A stretch of DNA of 64,000 bases from Candidatus Nomurabacteria bacterium (GTDB lineage Bacteria; Patescibacteriota; Patescibacteriia; HK-STAS-PATE-3): the NCBI GenBank assembly GCA_023898465.1, contig CP060223.1, positions 448,001-512,000 of the forward strand, given 5' to 3'. Positions 28,859 through 39,299 of this stretch are shown here, one piece after another. The first letter of the stretch is position 1, and every line of letters begins with the position of its first letter. Under the pieces are notes generated by a model that saw nothing but the letters and a program-made list of their open reading frames with translations, was not told where the DNA came from and did not search any database. The translations under genes and the position numbers were made by a program.

Positions 28859-29575
28859 ATGATGGATCTCGATATACTTAAGAAACGTGCTGATGATCGC
28901 TGGTTTGTAGTGGATCGATCAAAAGGCAAAAGGGTCTTAGAAATCGGTTGCGTAAACCATACTATTGAAGGAATTGAGGAGCAGCGCAGGATTGGCACTT
29001 GGCTTTTTGATTATCTCCACGTGTATGGAACTCATGCTACTGGTATTGATATTGACCAACCAGCAATTGACCATTTAGCCAAACAGGGCTACGACATCCG
29101 GTATGGAGATGGGCAAGATTTTAATCTGAACGAAGAGTTTGAAGTTATTATTGCATCAAAAGTAATTGATCATCTTACCAATATTGATGGTTTCCTAAAA
29201 AGCTGTAAAAAGCATCTCTCTCCCGACGGTAAACTCATTATCACTGATGACAACATTCTCTGCGTTCCTCAGCTCCTGACATGGTATGCAAAGAAAAATG
29301 TTGGACATCCTGACGATGATATAACTGTAAAAATTATTCCGGAGTACTTCCGCCTCTTTGTGAGGCGCTATGGCTTTGAGGTCGAAGAAATACATTATGT
29401 AGTTGGCACAGGAAATTCTTTTCTCTTCAAGCTGTTCCGTTTCATAAAAAAAATAATGCCAAAGCGCCTAGTACATGAACCGCTTTTTTATCCAAACTAC
29501 ATCATTCAATTACGTCATCGTACGAATGAAGAGAGCGAGAAGGGTGCTACTGCACATCACTCGCATCAGCACTAG
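28859..29575 (+). CDS. Class I SAM-dependent methyltransferase
   Basis: VLEIGCVNH (motif I-like), ...IIASKVIDHL..., LSPDGKLIITD (motif III-like). Confidence 0.55.
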   Translation: MMDLDILKKRADDRWFVVDRSKGKRVLEIGCVNHTIEGIEEQRRIGTWLFDYLHVYGTHATGIDIDQPAIDHLAKQGYDIRYGDGQDFNLNEEFEVIIASKVIDHLTNIDGFLKSCKKHLSPDGKLIITDDNILCVPQLLTWYAKKNVGHPDDDITVKIIPEYFRLFVRRYGFEVEEIHYVVGTGNSFLFKLFRFIKKIMPKRLVHEPLFYPNYIIQLRHRTNEESEKGATAHHSHQH

Positions 29576-32057
29576 GCGGATCAATGATCTCGTAAACACT
29601 TACACCCTGTACCGATCCAATTGCTTGAAAGTATTTTGATGGATCAATTTTGGTGTTGAGATTCTCTTCATTTTCATCATAGTACTCCACATCTTCGTAA
29701 AGCTTAGAGAGGATCAAATCGGAACGATCTGTAGCTATTTTGTCGGTGGAATCAGTGAAGAGATAGAGTAAAGAGATAAAGTTATTTTGACCTTTGGTGT
29801 CTATAAAAGTACTTAGGTGGTATTTTTCCATTGCTCCAGGAAAACCTAAATCGCTAATATCCTTCCTGAGACTTTCCAATTCTGCTTGATTCGAAATCGC
29901 ACTTAGCTGCACAAATGGCTGGTGTGTATATAAATAAAGCACACGGTATTCTGAAGAATATGTCATGGCCTTACTGTTAGCGTCGCTATTCTTCAATATT
30001 ACGTCTCGTATGGCCTGCACTTCGAGTTGAGATAACTTACTTTGAAGAAAGTACTCTGGTGTAGGATTTAAAGTAAGCCCCATAGTTAATAATATGAGTG
30101 TAAATGTTGCTATAGTGCTCTTCTTTGATAAGACGAGGTTCTTCTCAATTTGATACAAAACACCGCCCACAAAAAGAACCATGGTCAAAACAAAAATATG
30201 ATTATAATACCATGCAAAGCGAATTGACTTTGAAGCCAGGATTAAAAAAATAAATGAAGTAAAGAAGAAAGTGAGGAGTATATAAAATTTCTTGCGGGGT
30301 AGAAACCAAAATGTACCTAAAGAGATAAAAAATACAAAGCTGATAAAGGGTGTACTCATATACCGAACTCTATCAAACAATTGTAGATAGAAATCCACGT
30401 TTAAGAGCAACGATGTATCTGTTAGGAATTCACCACCAAGAGCTTGTAGGGACTTTCGCAAAAAGAAAAGAGAGAGTAGTAGAAAAAATGCCCCAGTAGA
30501 AATAAGGCTTGTCCGCCAAACTTTTTTGTTTCTTTGCAGCAAACGAAGTGCCTTAGTAAATGGATATTTAAGAACCAGATAAATACCTAAAACTAGTAAT
30601 AGGAATACCACAAGCATAGTAATATTTCTCCCCCACTCATCAGCATGTGCCGGCAAGCTGCGGAGAAAAAGGGTAAAGAAAATATACGGAGAAAAGCTTG
30701 CTAATGCCAACTTAATTAAATGCAACATCTTTTCCTTTTCGAGGAAGAGTACGAGTAAAGCAAGAAGTGGACCGCCTATTACGACAAACGATAACTTACA
30801 TAAGAAGGCAAAACCAAGGATGATGAAAGAGGCGTCTCTTTTCCCGTAAAGGTATAAATTAACTGAGCAAAGCAAAAAACATAGTGCTGTTGCATCAAGT
30901 GTTGTGGTCCAAGTCAATAAATTAAAAACTGGAGTAAGTGAAAAAATGTACGTAAGTGCAATTGCTACAAGAGGTGAAAAAAGTCGTCTGGTTAATAAAA
31001 ATATGCTTCCTAAAATAAAGGAGCCAACAATAGTAAGATATATACGAACAATTGACTCATCGCTAAAATATGACCTCAAACTAAAGAATGGAGCAAGGGT
31101 CCACTCAAGTACCGGCATACGCCAAAATGTACCGTACTCCTGATCTTCAGCACTTCCAAAAATTCCTGCGTAAGCGGGGTTTCTGAATACAAATGGATTT
31201 TTTGCTTCATACATTTCTTGAGCAACTGGCACATAGCTCACATATTTTCCAGGGTGAAGTTTAATAAAAAACGAGTCATGGAAATATGGGACTCGAATTG
31301 CAAAATAATTCAACAGAATTAATGCCAACAAAAAAATGGATAAAACGTTCTTTTTACGAAAAAGTATGAACAATGTAGGAAGCAAAGGGATGCGACTAAA
31401 ACGGGAATGGCTAAAACGAATTTTTCTATACAGCTTTTCACTACTGTCTTCATCGTGGGCTGCCACATCTTCGATTTTGCGTTCACGATATATCACTTTA
31501 TTATTTAATATAAGCCAAATGAAGAATAATAGAGCCGTACTGTACAAGACTGCACTTACGGGCGTATTTAATATAGTCACAAAAATTCCACGCTGCTGTG
31601 TAAAGGTTGCCACAAGCGATATAATCAAAACAGCCAACAAAACAATCCCGTAATGAAGTGATGGGATTTGCATTTTTTCAAGACTTTTTTCTCTACGAAG
31701 TCTATTTGTGAAAGTAAAAAGCAAGGCGAGCGTCAACACAAGCACAAAGAAGCTTAAATAAGCGCTCACATCGGTACTTTGTATCAAGACCCTCTCTATG
31801 TGGACAGCGCTCCATACGTTTACCCAAATTGCGAGTGCTATTAACAAAGTAAATGATATCTTTCTTCTTAAAGTGTCCCGTATTCCTTGATAGGCAAAAA
31901 GAATCAAGATACTAAGGAAAATATTAATTTGTAAAAAACGCAAAGATAATTCGATCATCTCAATAGCCAGATCTCGATTCCAAAAGAAAACTAAACAAAT
32001 AGCGCCGAGAAAAATTGGTGGCAAGTATTTGAATGTCTTATGAAAAAAATGTGACAT
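29547..32057 (-). CDS. Large polytopic membrane protein, GT-C-like (ArnT/PMT/YfhO-type) glycosyltransferase candidate, paralog A (836 aa)
   Basis: More than 15 hydrophobic segments. The block NPFVFRNPAYAGIFGSAEDQEYGTFWRMPVLEWTLAPFFSL is shared with the next gene (NPFWHQRKY...FNDFSHIPVLEWSLAGTYTLLP). Has a C-terminal ~200-aa soluble domain. No WWDYG motif. Confidence 0.5.
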   Translation of the reverse strand: MSHFFHKTFKYLPPIFLGAICLVFFWNRDLAIEMIELSLRFLQINIFLSILILFAYQGIRDTLRRKISFTLLIALAIWVNVWSAVHIERVLIQSTDVSAYLSFFVLVLTLALLFTFTNRLRREKSLEKMQIPSLHYGIVLLAVLIISLVATFTQQRGIFVTILNTPVSAVLYSTALLFFIWLILNNKVIYRERKIEDVAAHDEDSSEKLYRKIRFSHSRFSRIPLLPTLFILFRKKNVLSIFLLALILLNYFAIRVPYFHDSFFIKLHPGKYVSYVPVAQEMYEAKNPFVFRNPAYAGIFGSAEDQEYGTFWRMPVLEWTLAPFFSLRSYFSDESIVRIYLTIVGSFILGSIFLLTRRLFSPLVAIALTYIFSLTPVFNLLTWTTTLDATALCFLLCSVNLYLYGKRDASFIILGFAFLCKLSFVVIGGPLLALLVLFLEKEKMLHLIKLALASFSPYIFFTLFLRSLPAHADEWGRNITMLVVFLLLVLGIYLVLKYPFTKALRLLQRNKKVWRTSLISTGAFFLLLSLFFLRKSLQALGGEFLTDTSLLLNVDFYLQLFDRVRYMSTPFISFVFFISLGTFWFLPRKKFYILLTFFFTSFIFLILASKSIRFAWYYNHIFVLTMVLFVGGVLYQIEKNLVLSKKSTIATFTLILLTMGLTLNPTPEYFLQSKLSQLEVQAIRDVILKNSDANSKAMTYSSEYRVLYLYTHQPFVQLSAISNQAELESLRKDISDLGFPGAMEKYHLSTFIDTKGQNNFISLLYLFTDSTDKIATDRSDLILSKLYEDVEYYDENEENLNTKIDPSKYFQAIGSVQGVSVYEIIDPPSADASDVQ

Positions 32058-32059
32058 TA

Positions 32060-34012
32060 CTACTCTACAAAAGTGAAAAAATTATAGTATCCCGTAGAAT
32101 ATTCTAATCGAAATTTATCTTTTAATCGAGACTCTTCGACAATCTTCATCCTCAAATCTTGATCTTGAAAAAAATGATAAGAAGGGTCAAGTTGAGATTT
32201 AATAATATCGGATCGACGATAATAGCTCGACTGCATATCCTCTTTTGTAAAAAGTGGGGCTAAACGCTGATAGTCAGGCTCTGCATTTGCGGTAATAAGA
32301 TAGCGGACATGATACGCTTGCATTGTTTTTGCTAAACCACGAATAGCTATCGAATCTTCAAGTTTAGTTTCATCTAGAATATCAACATTTGCAAAACTGG
32401 GACGCCCTGATCCTATCGTAAGTGTCATTACAAAACTCTCATCAATATATATATCATCTAAGTCCGTATGCTGACGTAAATATGTTAGTGCATCTAAGTA
32501 TTCGGGACGTTGTTTTTCTAAGCGAACTTGAATTGCGTGCAGGTTTACTGGAAAGAGCCAGATGAAAGCATTAGCCAGAAAAAGAAGCATAAAAATCCTT
32601 TTATTGAGAAGCTTGGCAATACCATACAAGGTCAAGGCTGCCGAAAAACACAAAAAAACTAGAATTATCAAGGTGTAATAATTATGAAAAAAGATTACCT
32701 TGGAAGCGAGAATGAGATAAAAAACTGACGAAAATCCCAAAGTAATACCCATGTGCAAAATTCGCTTATTTGATTCTGTTTTTTGAAAAAAAATCAGAGG
32801 ACTGCAAATTATCCCTGCTATTGCCAACCACGCTATTGGAGTTGTAACATACTCGCGCAATTGAGAAAGCAATTCTTTATACATCGGCCAATAGAGAATC
32901 AATTGCCCGTCGGTCAAAAATTCTTTTACTGTATTTGAGTCTTTATTTTCCAACCAATAAAGAGTTATTCCTATAAAAACTAATCCGATACAAGCATACT
33001 TCCAAATTTGAAATTTTTGCACAAAAGCAACTATAGTTGCTATATATCTGGAAAAACGATGTCGGTAATGGATAAGGAGAAGTAAGGCGAGTAGCCAAAA
33101 AACAATAATAAAAGCGTCGCGTATGGGATAGCGCGGGAGACTAGATACAGCAGTCACAAGCATCCCGTATGGAATTGCCGCGATGAAAAAAAATGTAAGG
33201 CTTTGCTGAATAAAAAAAGAGATATTTTTTCGTTGTAACCAAAGCAACAATAGTGCAGCGGGAAGAAGCCACACACCAATAGAATCTTTCATCGTCAAAC
33301 CTAAACCAAAGCAAAGGCCAGCGGACATGATATAGACAGGATCTTTGGTTTTGAGTGACTCCGACAAAAAGGCTAAGGTTAAAAATGTACAAAGCAGCAA
33401 CAAATTATCATATACGGTAACAAAACTCGCAAAGCTAAGAATGGGATTTAACGCGAGTAAGCTTATTACTATTAACGAAGGGAATTTACTTATCCAATAT
33501 CGCAAAAAAATATATCCAGCGATTAAGGTGAGCATTCCGATCAAGTGTGTAAGTAAACGAGTATTCCATTCAAGCGAATTCTGAGGCAGCAGAGTATAAG
33601 TACCTGCTAAAGACCATTCCAAAACTGGAATGTGTGAAAAATCATTAAAAATTCCTTGGGGATTGCTTACGGGATTTGCTAAATATTTCCTTTGATGCCA
33701 AAAGGGATTTTTCATTTCAATCATGTGGAGCGCCGGCTCTACATAGGTGTTGTACTTTAATTCATGTTCACCAGTAAAATTGTATGAAAAATATGGAAGC
33801 TTAATCAGGGTCCAAGCGAATAGGATCAAGAAGAGAAACGTAAGGGCAATCCAGTTTTCACGAACGATAAAACGAAAAAACGATCCGAGGATAGGCAACT
33901 CCGCGAAACGTGGGAAGCGCGTCCTAAAGACCTCTACCCTCTTCGCGTCGTTCTGAGCCTCATTTTCACTTTCTTGCCCGATTTGTTTACCGAGCCTAGT
34001 TAGTACATTCAC
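32060..34012 (-). CDS. Large polytopic membrane protein, GT-C-like glycosyltransferase candidate, paralog B (650 aa)
   Basis: About 13 hydrophobic segments, a domain paralogous to the 836-aa neighbour, and a C-terminal soluble domain. Confidence 0.5.
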   Translation of the reverse strand: MNVLTRLGKQIGQESENEAQNDAKRVEVFRTRFPRFAELPILGSFFRFIVRENWIALTFLFLILFAWTLIKLPYFSYNFTGEHELKYNTYVEPALHMIEMKNPFWHQRKYLANPVSNPQGIFNDFSHIPVLEWSLAGTYTLLPQNSLEWNTRLLTHLIGMLTLIAGYIFLRYWISKFPSLIVISLLALNPILSFASFVTVYDNLLLLCTFLTLAFLSESLKTKDPVYIMSAGLCFGLGLTMKDSIGVWLLPAALLLLWLQRKNISFFIQQSLTFFFIAAIPYGMLVTAVSSLPRYPIRDAFIIVFWLLALLLLIHYRHRFSRYIATIVAFVQKFQIWKYACIGLVFIGITLYWLENKDSNTVKEFLTDGQLILYWPMYKELLSQLREYVTTPIAWLAIAGIICSPLIFFQKTESNKRILHMGITLGFSSVFYLILASKVIFFHNYYTLIILVFLCFSAALTLYGIAKLLNKRIFMLLFLANAFIWLFPVNLHAIQVRLEKQRPEYLDALTYLRQHTDLDDIYIDESFVMTLTIGSGRPSFANVDILDETKLEDSIAIRGLAKTMQAYHVRYLITANAEPDYQRLAPLFTKEDMQSSYYRRSDIIKSQLDPSYHFFQDQDLRMKIVEESRLKDKFRLEYSTGYYNFFTFVE

Positions 34013-34020
34013 AAAAACTC

Positions 34021-35367
34021 CTATCGCCCAATTCCTCGATAGTGCACGCCGGCCTTTTGCAAAGCAGACTTATCAAGCGCATTTTTACCGTCGATGAGGA
34101 CTTTTACATGATATTTCTTCCAGAGCTTGTTTGGGATATCGAGAAATGCCTGATGGTTTGTCACCAGAATCACTGCGTCTACCTTTGATAATAGAGCCTC
34201 TAGGCTCTCCACTGTGGATTTTTGTGGTACATGAGGGTCATACACCTCTACTTGCGCGCCAAGCTCTCTAAGACGCTCCTGAATGCGAAATGAGGGACTC
34301 TCGCGCACATCATCGATGTTGGCCTTATACGCTACCCCTAATATGCCTACTTTCGTACCCTTCACAGGCAGAGCAACTTGATTTAGTGCCTCTATGAGCT
34401 GCTTTACGGTATACTCTGGCATTCCATTATTAATCTCCCTCGCTAGCTTAAGGAACTTATGATCAAAGCCAATCTGCCTTGCTCGCTCAATGAGATAATA
34501 TGGATCAACGGGTATACAATGACCTCCAACGCCGCATGAAGGATAATGCGCTAAAAAGGCAAAAGGCTTTGTCTGAGCACCTTCAATAACATCTAAAATA
34601 TCAATGCCCAATTTGCTAAATGATTGTGCCATCTCATTCACAAAGGCAATATTAATATCGCGAAAAGAATTTTCCATTATCTTTGTCGCTTCCGCGGCCT
34701 TGAGAGATTCCATTGGCCGGATTGGCGCATCAATAATACTCTCATACAGCCGGATTGCCTTTGCTCTACCTTTTTTGGTATACGCGCCAATTACCCTGGG
34801 AATCGTTCGCACATTCCATTTTGCATTACCCGGATCAATTCGTTCAGGGCAATGCGCTAAGGTAAAATCTTTACCAGCATGAAGCCCAGATGTTTCTAAC
34901 ACGGGAAGGAGAACTTCTTCGCAAGTTCCAGGATTAATGGTGGACTCAATAATAATCAATTGTCCTTTGTGAAGATGCTTCGCAATTTTTTTACATGCAT
35001 CGATTACTGGACCATAATCAGGATTGTATGCGTGGTCAACTGGTGTAGGTACGCAAACAATTATAGCTTTTGCCTTTTTCACTACACTAAAATCAGTTGT
35101 AGCTAAGAAAGGATTCTTTTTTAAATTTTTACGGACTCGCACATCATCAATCGGAGATACACCAGCGCTGATCATTTCTGCTTTTTTTTGACTTCGAACG
35201 ACTCCCAGGACCTTATATCCCTTTTCAACAGCTAAGCATGCAAGTGGAAGACCAACATAACCCAATCCAACAACGGCTAAAGCCCCTTTCCTAGTTTTTT
35301 GTGAACGAATAGCACGCTTTTTACTTCGCATACTTTTGCTGCTTGAAAAACCAAGAGACTGTTTCAT
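34021..35367 (-). CDS. UDP-sugar 6-dehydrogenase family (UDP-GlcNAc/UDP-ManNAc dehydrogenase-like, WbpA/WecC type)
   Basis: LAVVGLGYVGLPLA Rossmann motif and catalytic Cys context GGHCIPVDPYY. A basic N-terminal extension suggests the true start may be the internal Met at about 35331. Confidence 0.8.
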   Translation of the reverse strand: MKQSLGFSSSKSMRSKKRAIRSQKTRKGALAVVGLGYVGLPLACLAVEKGYKVLGVVRSQKKAEMISAGVSPIDDVRVRKNLKKNPFLATTDFSVVKKAKAIIVCVPTPVDHAYNPDYGPVIDACKKIAKHLHKGQLIIIESTINPGTCEEVLLPVLETSGLHAGKDFTLAHCPERIDPGNAKWNVRTIPRVIGAYTKKGRAKAIRLYESIIDAPIRPMESLKAAEATKIMENSFRDINIAFVNEMAQSFSKLGIDILDVIEGAQTKPFAFLAHYPSCGVGGHCIPVDPYYLIERARQIGFDHKFLKLAREINNGMPEYTVKQLIEALNQVALPVKGTKVGILGVAYKANIDDVRESPSFRIQERLRELGAQVEVYDPHVPQKSTVESLEALLSKVDAVILVTNHQAFLDIPNKLWKKYHVKVLIDGKNALDKSALQKAGVHYRGIGR

Positions 35368-36256
35368 TTATACCCATAGCAACATCAATGCTCGGCCCCC
35401 AATTCAACTCCTTGGCACTTTTTTGCACATCAAGACTACTCGCCATCAATTCACCGGGAATCTCCGGACCGTGCTTTGCTTCAAGATCGCTGTGCATGGA
35501 ATCTTTTATTAAGCTCCAAAGCTGGCTGATGCTGGTTTCTTGACTCGTACCAACGTTGAATATGCCGACACGATCCGAGTCAGCCGCCGCAATAAAAGCC
35601 CGCACAACGTCGGAAACGAATACGAAGTCTCGAGTTTGCGATCCGTCACCATTAATTTGCGGTGAACGATTGTGCAATACGTGATCAATAAATATTGCCA
35701 CTACACCCGCTTCACCCTTTGGATCTTGCCGAGGGCCGTATACATTTGCTAAGCGGAGTGCTGCGCTGGGCATCTTATACACTTTCGTATAAGCCGAAAG
35801 ATAATACTCAAAGGCCCGCTTCCCTATTCCGTACGGTGAAATAGGTGCAGCTAAACCAGTTTCTGGAGTTGGTCTTGCCTCATCTGCATCATAAATCGCC
35901 CCGCCGGTTGAGGCAAAGAGAAACTTCTCTACCTGTATTTCACGAGCCGCTTCAAGTAACTTAATACTACCAATAATATTAATATTGGCATCTTCGTCTG
36001 GATGTTCAAGTGAGTAGCGTAGATTTTTTTGCGCAGCTAAGTGAAATATCTGGTTCGGCTTAAACCTTTTAATTTCCTGAGCGGTCTTATCTTTACAGAT
36101 ATCAAGTTCTAAGAAATCAACCTCCGGATGCAAATACTCTTTATTGCCGGTGGACAAATCATCTATCACCAATACTCGATTACCCTGGGAGAGCAGCGCG
36201 TCAACCAAGTGAGAACCAATAAATCCAGCTCCCCCAGTTACGACGACTTTGCTCAT
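35321..36256 (-). CDS. NAD-dependent nucleotide-sugar epimerase (GalE/WbpP-like)
   Basis: [31 protein letters not shown] (YxxxK), [12 protein letters not shown]. Confidence 0.8.
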   Translation of the reverse strand: MSKVVVTGGAGFIGSHLVDALLSQGNRVLVIDDLSTGNKEYLHPEVDFLELDICKDKTAQEIKRFKPNQIFHLAAQKNLRYSLEHPDEDANINIIGSIKLLEAAREIQVEKFLFASTGGAIYDADEARPTPETGLAAPISPYGIGKRAFEYYLSAYTKVYKMPSAALRLANVYGPRQDPKGEAGVVAIFIDHVLHNRSPQINGDGSQTRDFVFVSDVVRAFIAAADSDRVGIFNVGTSQETSISQLWSLIKDSMHSDLEAKHGPEIPGELMASSLDVQKSAKELNWGPSIDVAMGINETVSWFFKQQKYAK

Positions 36257-37428
36257 AGGTATTTTTTGGCCGCCGATCGGAATTTAGCAGCTAAGGAGAG
36301 TTGCTCCCAACTAAAGCTTGCTTCTTTACGACCGAAGTGTCCATACGCTGCGGTTGGTCGATAAATAGGCCTACGTAAATTAAGGTGTTGGATAATACCA
36401 CCAGGAGTCAAATCCGCCACCTGGCGAACGATCTTTTCTAATTTACCATCGCTAATGACACCTGTGCCTTTTGTGTCGATAAGCACGCTGATAGGTTCAG
36501 CAACGCCAATGACGTAGGCGAGCTGTATTTCGCACTTCTTGGCAAGCTTTGCGCCGACAATATTTTTGGCAACATGTCTAGCCATGTATGAAGCTGATCG
36601 GTCAACCTTGGAAGGATCTTTACCAGAGAATGCTCCACCACCATGGCTACCGTGTCCTCCATAGGTATCGACAATAATTTTTCGTCCGGTCAAGCCTGCA
36701 TCAGCTGGAGGTCCACCCTTCACAAACTTTCCTGTCGCATTAATGAAGTGACGTGTTTTATTATCCATCCAGCGTCCTGCTATTGGTCGGATGACGTGCT
36801 TCATGACATCGCGCTCGACTTTTTTCTCGCTTACTTTTTCATTATGCTGCGTAGCAATAACAACAGTGTTTAAACGCTTTGCTTTACCATTTTCGTATTC
36901 GATCGCTACCTCAGTTTTACCATCCGGCCCTAAATAAGGCATTATTCCTTTCTTTCGCACGTATGCTAAGCGACGAGAAAGTTTATGAGACAGAATAATC
37001 GGCAATGGCATTAACTCAGGTGTTTCATCAGTGGCATAACCAAACATGAGTCCCTGATCACCTGCTCCTTGCTTTTTATACTTACCCTTACCCTCATCTA
37101 CACCCTGCGCAATATCAGCGCTCTGCTCATCAATTGCGACGATCACGCCGCAGTCCTGCCAATGAAATCCCATATTTGGATCAGTGTAGCCAATATCCCG
37201 AATAGTCTCTCGAGCTATTTTTGCAATATCAACATATCCCTTTGTCCTTATCTCTCCTGCAACAACAATCAAGCCGGTAGTTGCCATGGTTTCGACACCT
37301 GCGCGACTATGGGGATCCTGTCGTAATAATTCGTCAAGTATTGCGTCTGATATTTGATCGCACACCTTATCAGGGTGGCCTTCGGTTACTGACTCTGAAG
37401 TAAAGACATGATGTCGATTCGTTGACAT
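36253..37428 (-). CDS. metK: S-adenosylmethionine synthetase
   Basis: [57 protein letters not shown] and IGVAEP, near-identical in pattern to E. coli MetK throughout. Confidence 0.95.
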   Translation of the reverse strand: MSTNRHHVFTSESVTEGHPDKVCDQISDAILDELLRQDPHSRAGVETMATTGLIVVAGEIRTKGYVDIAKIARETIRDIGYTDPNMGFHWQDCGVIVAIDEQSADIAQGVDEGKGKYKKQGAGDQGLMFGYATDETPELMPLPIILSHKLSRRLAYVRKKGIMPYLGPDGKTEVAIEYENGKAKRLNTVVIATQHNEKVSEKKVERDVMKHVIRPIAGRWMDNKTRHFINATGKFVKGGPPADAGLTGRKIIVDTYGGHGSHGGGAFSGKDPSKVDRSASYMARHVAKNIVGAKLAKKCEIQLAYVIGVAEPISVLIDTKGTGVISDGKLEKIVRQVADLTPGGIIQHLNLRRPIYRPTAAYGHFGRKEASFSWEQLSLAAKFRSAAKKYL

Positions 37429-37447
37429 GCTCCTAGTTCCTTAATTA

Positions 37448-38473
37448 TTACTGGTCTTTTGAAATACTAGCTGAAATATCAATATTTTTTGCGCCTTTAA
37501 AGTAATCAATGGTCCGGCGTAAGCCTTCTGATAAGGCCACTACTGGAAACCAGCCTAAGCGCTCTTTTGCCAAAGCTATATTAGGCACGCCCTGTATAAC
37601 TGTTGACTTAGTGTGTTCGGTAAAACGAGATCCTGATGTACTGCCCGTAAGTTCTTGAATGTACTTTACTACATCCTCTAGGCGATGTTGATCAGGACTA
37701 CCCAGATTAACTGGCCCTAACTCGCTTGATTTCATGAGTCGCAGTAAGCCCTCCACAATATCGCTGATGTAACAAAGAGTCGTGGTATCATCTGCTTTAC
37801 CGTATACCGTAATAGTTTCGTTACGCAACGCCGCATTAATCATTTCCGGCACCATTCTACCATCGTCTACGCGCAAGCGAGGACCATAGGTGTTAAAGAG
37901 TCGGGCGATTTTTGCCTTTAATGCGTATTTTTCTCGGTAGTGCACGGTTAAGCTTTCGGCAAAGCGCTTACCCTCACTAAAGGCCGATCGCGACCCAACC
38001 GGATTCACATAGCCCCAATATTCTTCTGGGTATGGAGTCCTTTCCATGGGTTCGCCATAAATGGCATCAGAAGAAGCCAAGAGAAAACTGGCTTGATATT
38101 TTTTCGCCATTTCAAGAGCATTCCGAGTTGCTTGAGCATTTGCTACCAGTGTTTCAACTGGCATCTGTAGATAATCCTTTGGTGAAGTCGGAGAGGCGAA
38201 ATGATAAATTTCCTGCACTCCTTGGAACTCCACTTGAAAAGGTTTAAGACCTGGCTCGTGATCAAGATCTATCGGATCAGACAAATCATGCTTCACAAAC
38301 TCAAAATTTGGATTTTGGAGAAGATGATTTATGTTTTCTTCTCGACCAGTTGAAAAATTGTCTAAACAAATAACCTTGTGTTGCTTCACCAGCTCATCAC
38401 AAAGATGAGATCCAATGAATCCTGCTCCACCTGTTACTAATATGTTTTTTCTTTCAAAAATGGGTCTGCTCAT
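37448..38473 (-). CDS. UDP-glucuronate decarboxylase (UDP-xylose synthase)-like SDR
   Basis: [53 protein letters not shown] closely parallels the UXS/ArnA-C N-terminus. YxxxK is present (YSEGKR). Confidence 0.7.
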   Translation of the reverse strand: MSRPIFERKNILVTGGAGFIGSHLCDELVKQHKVICLDNFSTGREENINHLLQNPNFEFVKHDLSDPIDLDHEPGLKPFQVEFQGVQEIYHFASPTSPKDYLQMPVETLVANAQATRNALEMAKKYQASFLLASSDAIYGEPMERTPYPEEYWGYVNPVGSRSAFSEGKRFAESLTVHYREKYALKAKIARLFNTYGPRLRVDDGRMVPEMINAALRNETITVYGKADDTTTLCYISDIVEGLLRLMKSSELGPVNLGSPDQHRLEDVVKYIQELTGSTSGSRFTEHTKSTVIQGVPNIALAKERLGWFPVVALSEGLRRTIDYFKGAKNIDISASISKDQ

Positions 38474-38482
38474 ACGCAGTAC

Positions 38483-39199
38483 TTAACGATAATGACCTAA
38501 AATGTCATGGTATCGAACACTAAGAAGCTCCCAAAAAGTTTTTATATAATCTGAGGGACGCACCTTACTAGCAAAATCATTCTTCCAAGTCACAGGAATT
38601 TCCTTCATCGTGAAGTGAAATTTTTTTGCCAGGAAAAGTATTTCAAAATCAAATCCCCACCCTCGTAGCTGCTGCTTTTGAAAAAGCATACGGCAGCGCT
38701 TACTATACAGTTTAAATCCGCATTGCGTATCTTCTATGCCGGACACTGCTAACCATTGAATCAACTTATTTCCAATTCGTCCCAGCGTTACCTTCACCGA
38801 AGATTGACGAACGGTAATATCAGCTTCGGGTAATGCTCGCGAGCCAATCAACACATCATACTGCTTACGCTCCGGCCAAAACTTAGCGAAATCTTGAATC
38901 GGAGTGGAGAGATCAGTATCGGTCAGCAACACCCAGACACCTCTTGCTTCTAGCATTCCAGCCTTAACGGCAGCACCTTTACCGCCATGTGGCACAGAAT
39001 GCACCCGGACCGGCTTCCCATAACCAGCTGCTAATCGAGCAGTACCATCCGTGCTACCATCATCCACCACCACTACCTCGTAGCTAAGATCGGGGTAGTG
39101 CTTGGGGAAATATTCAAGGATAGTTTCCAAGCTGGGAGGCAGGCGCTTCGCTTCATTATACGCCGGCAAAACAATGGAAAGCTCAACAGGATTTGACAT
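38483..39199 (-). CDS. GT2 polyprenyl-phosphate glycosyltransferase (DPM/DPG synthase-like, soluble)
   Basis: LSIVLPAYNEAKRLPPSLE...VVVVDDGSTDGT...LTDTDLS. No C-terminal TM helices. Confidence 0.75.
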   Translation of the reverse strand: MSNPVELSIVLPAYNEAKRLPPSLETILEYFPKHYPDLSYEVVVVDDGSTDGTARLAAGYGKPVRVHSVPHGGKGAAVKAGMLEARGVWVLLTDTDLSTPIQDFAKFWPERKQYDVLIGSRALPEADITVRQSSVKVTLGRIGNKLIQWLAVSGIEDTQCGFKLYSKRCRMLFQKQQLRGWGFDFEILFLAKKFHFTMKEIPVTWKNDFASKVRPSDYIKTFWELLSVRYHDILGHYR

Positions 39200-39299
39200 G
39201 ACTATTTCTTAATGTACGGCTCAATACTGAATAAAATGTGTACCGAGCTCGGCCGCTAGTATACCAATTTTTAAGCCTTTGGACAAGCAGGTCATATAC

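Noticed and set aside
29547-34012. PglB/AglB-type oligosaccharyltransferase among the GT-C proteins
   Set aside because: I looked for the WWDYG motif in all three large membrane proteins (869-2458, 29547-32057, 32060-34012) and it is absent.
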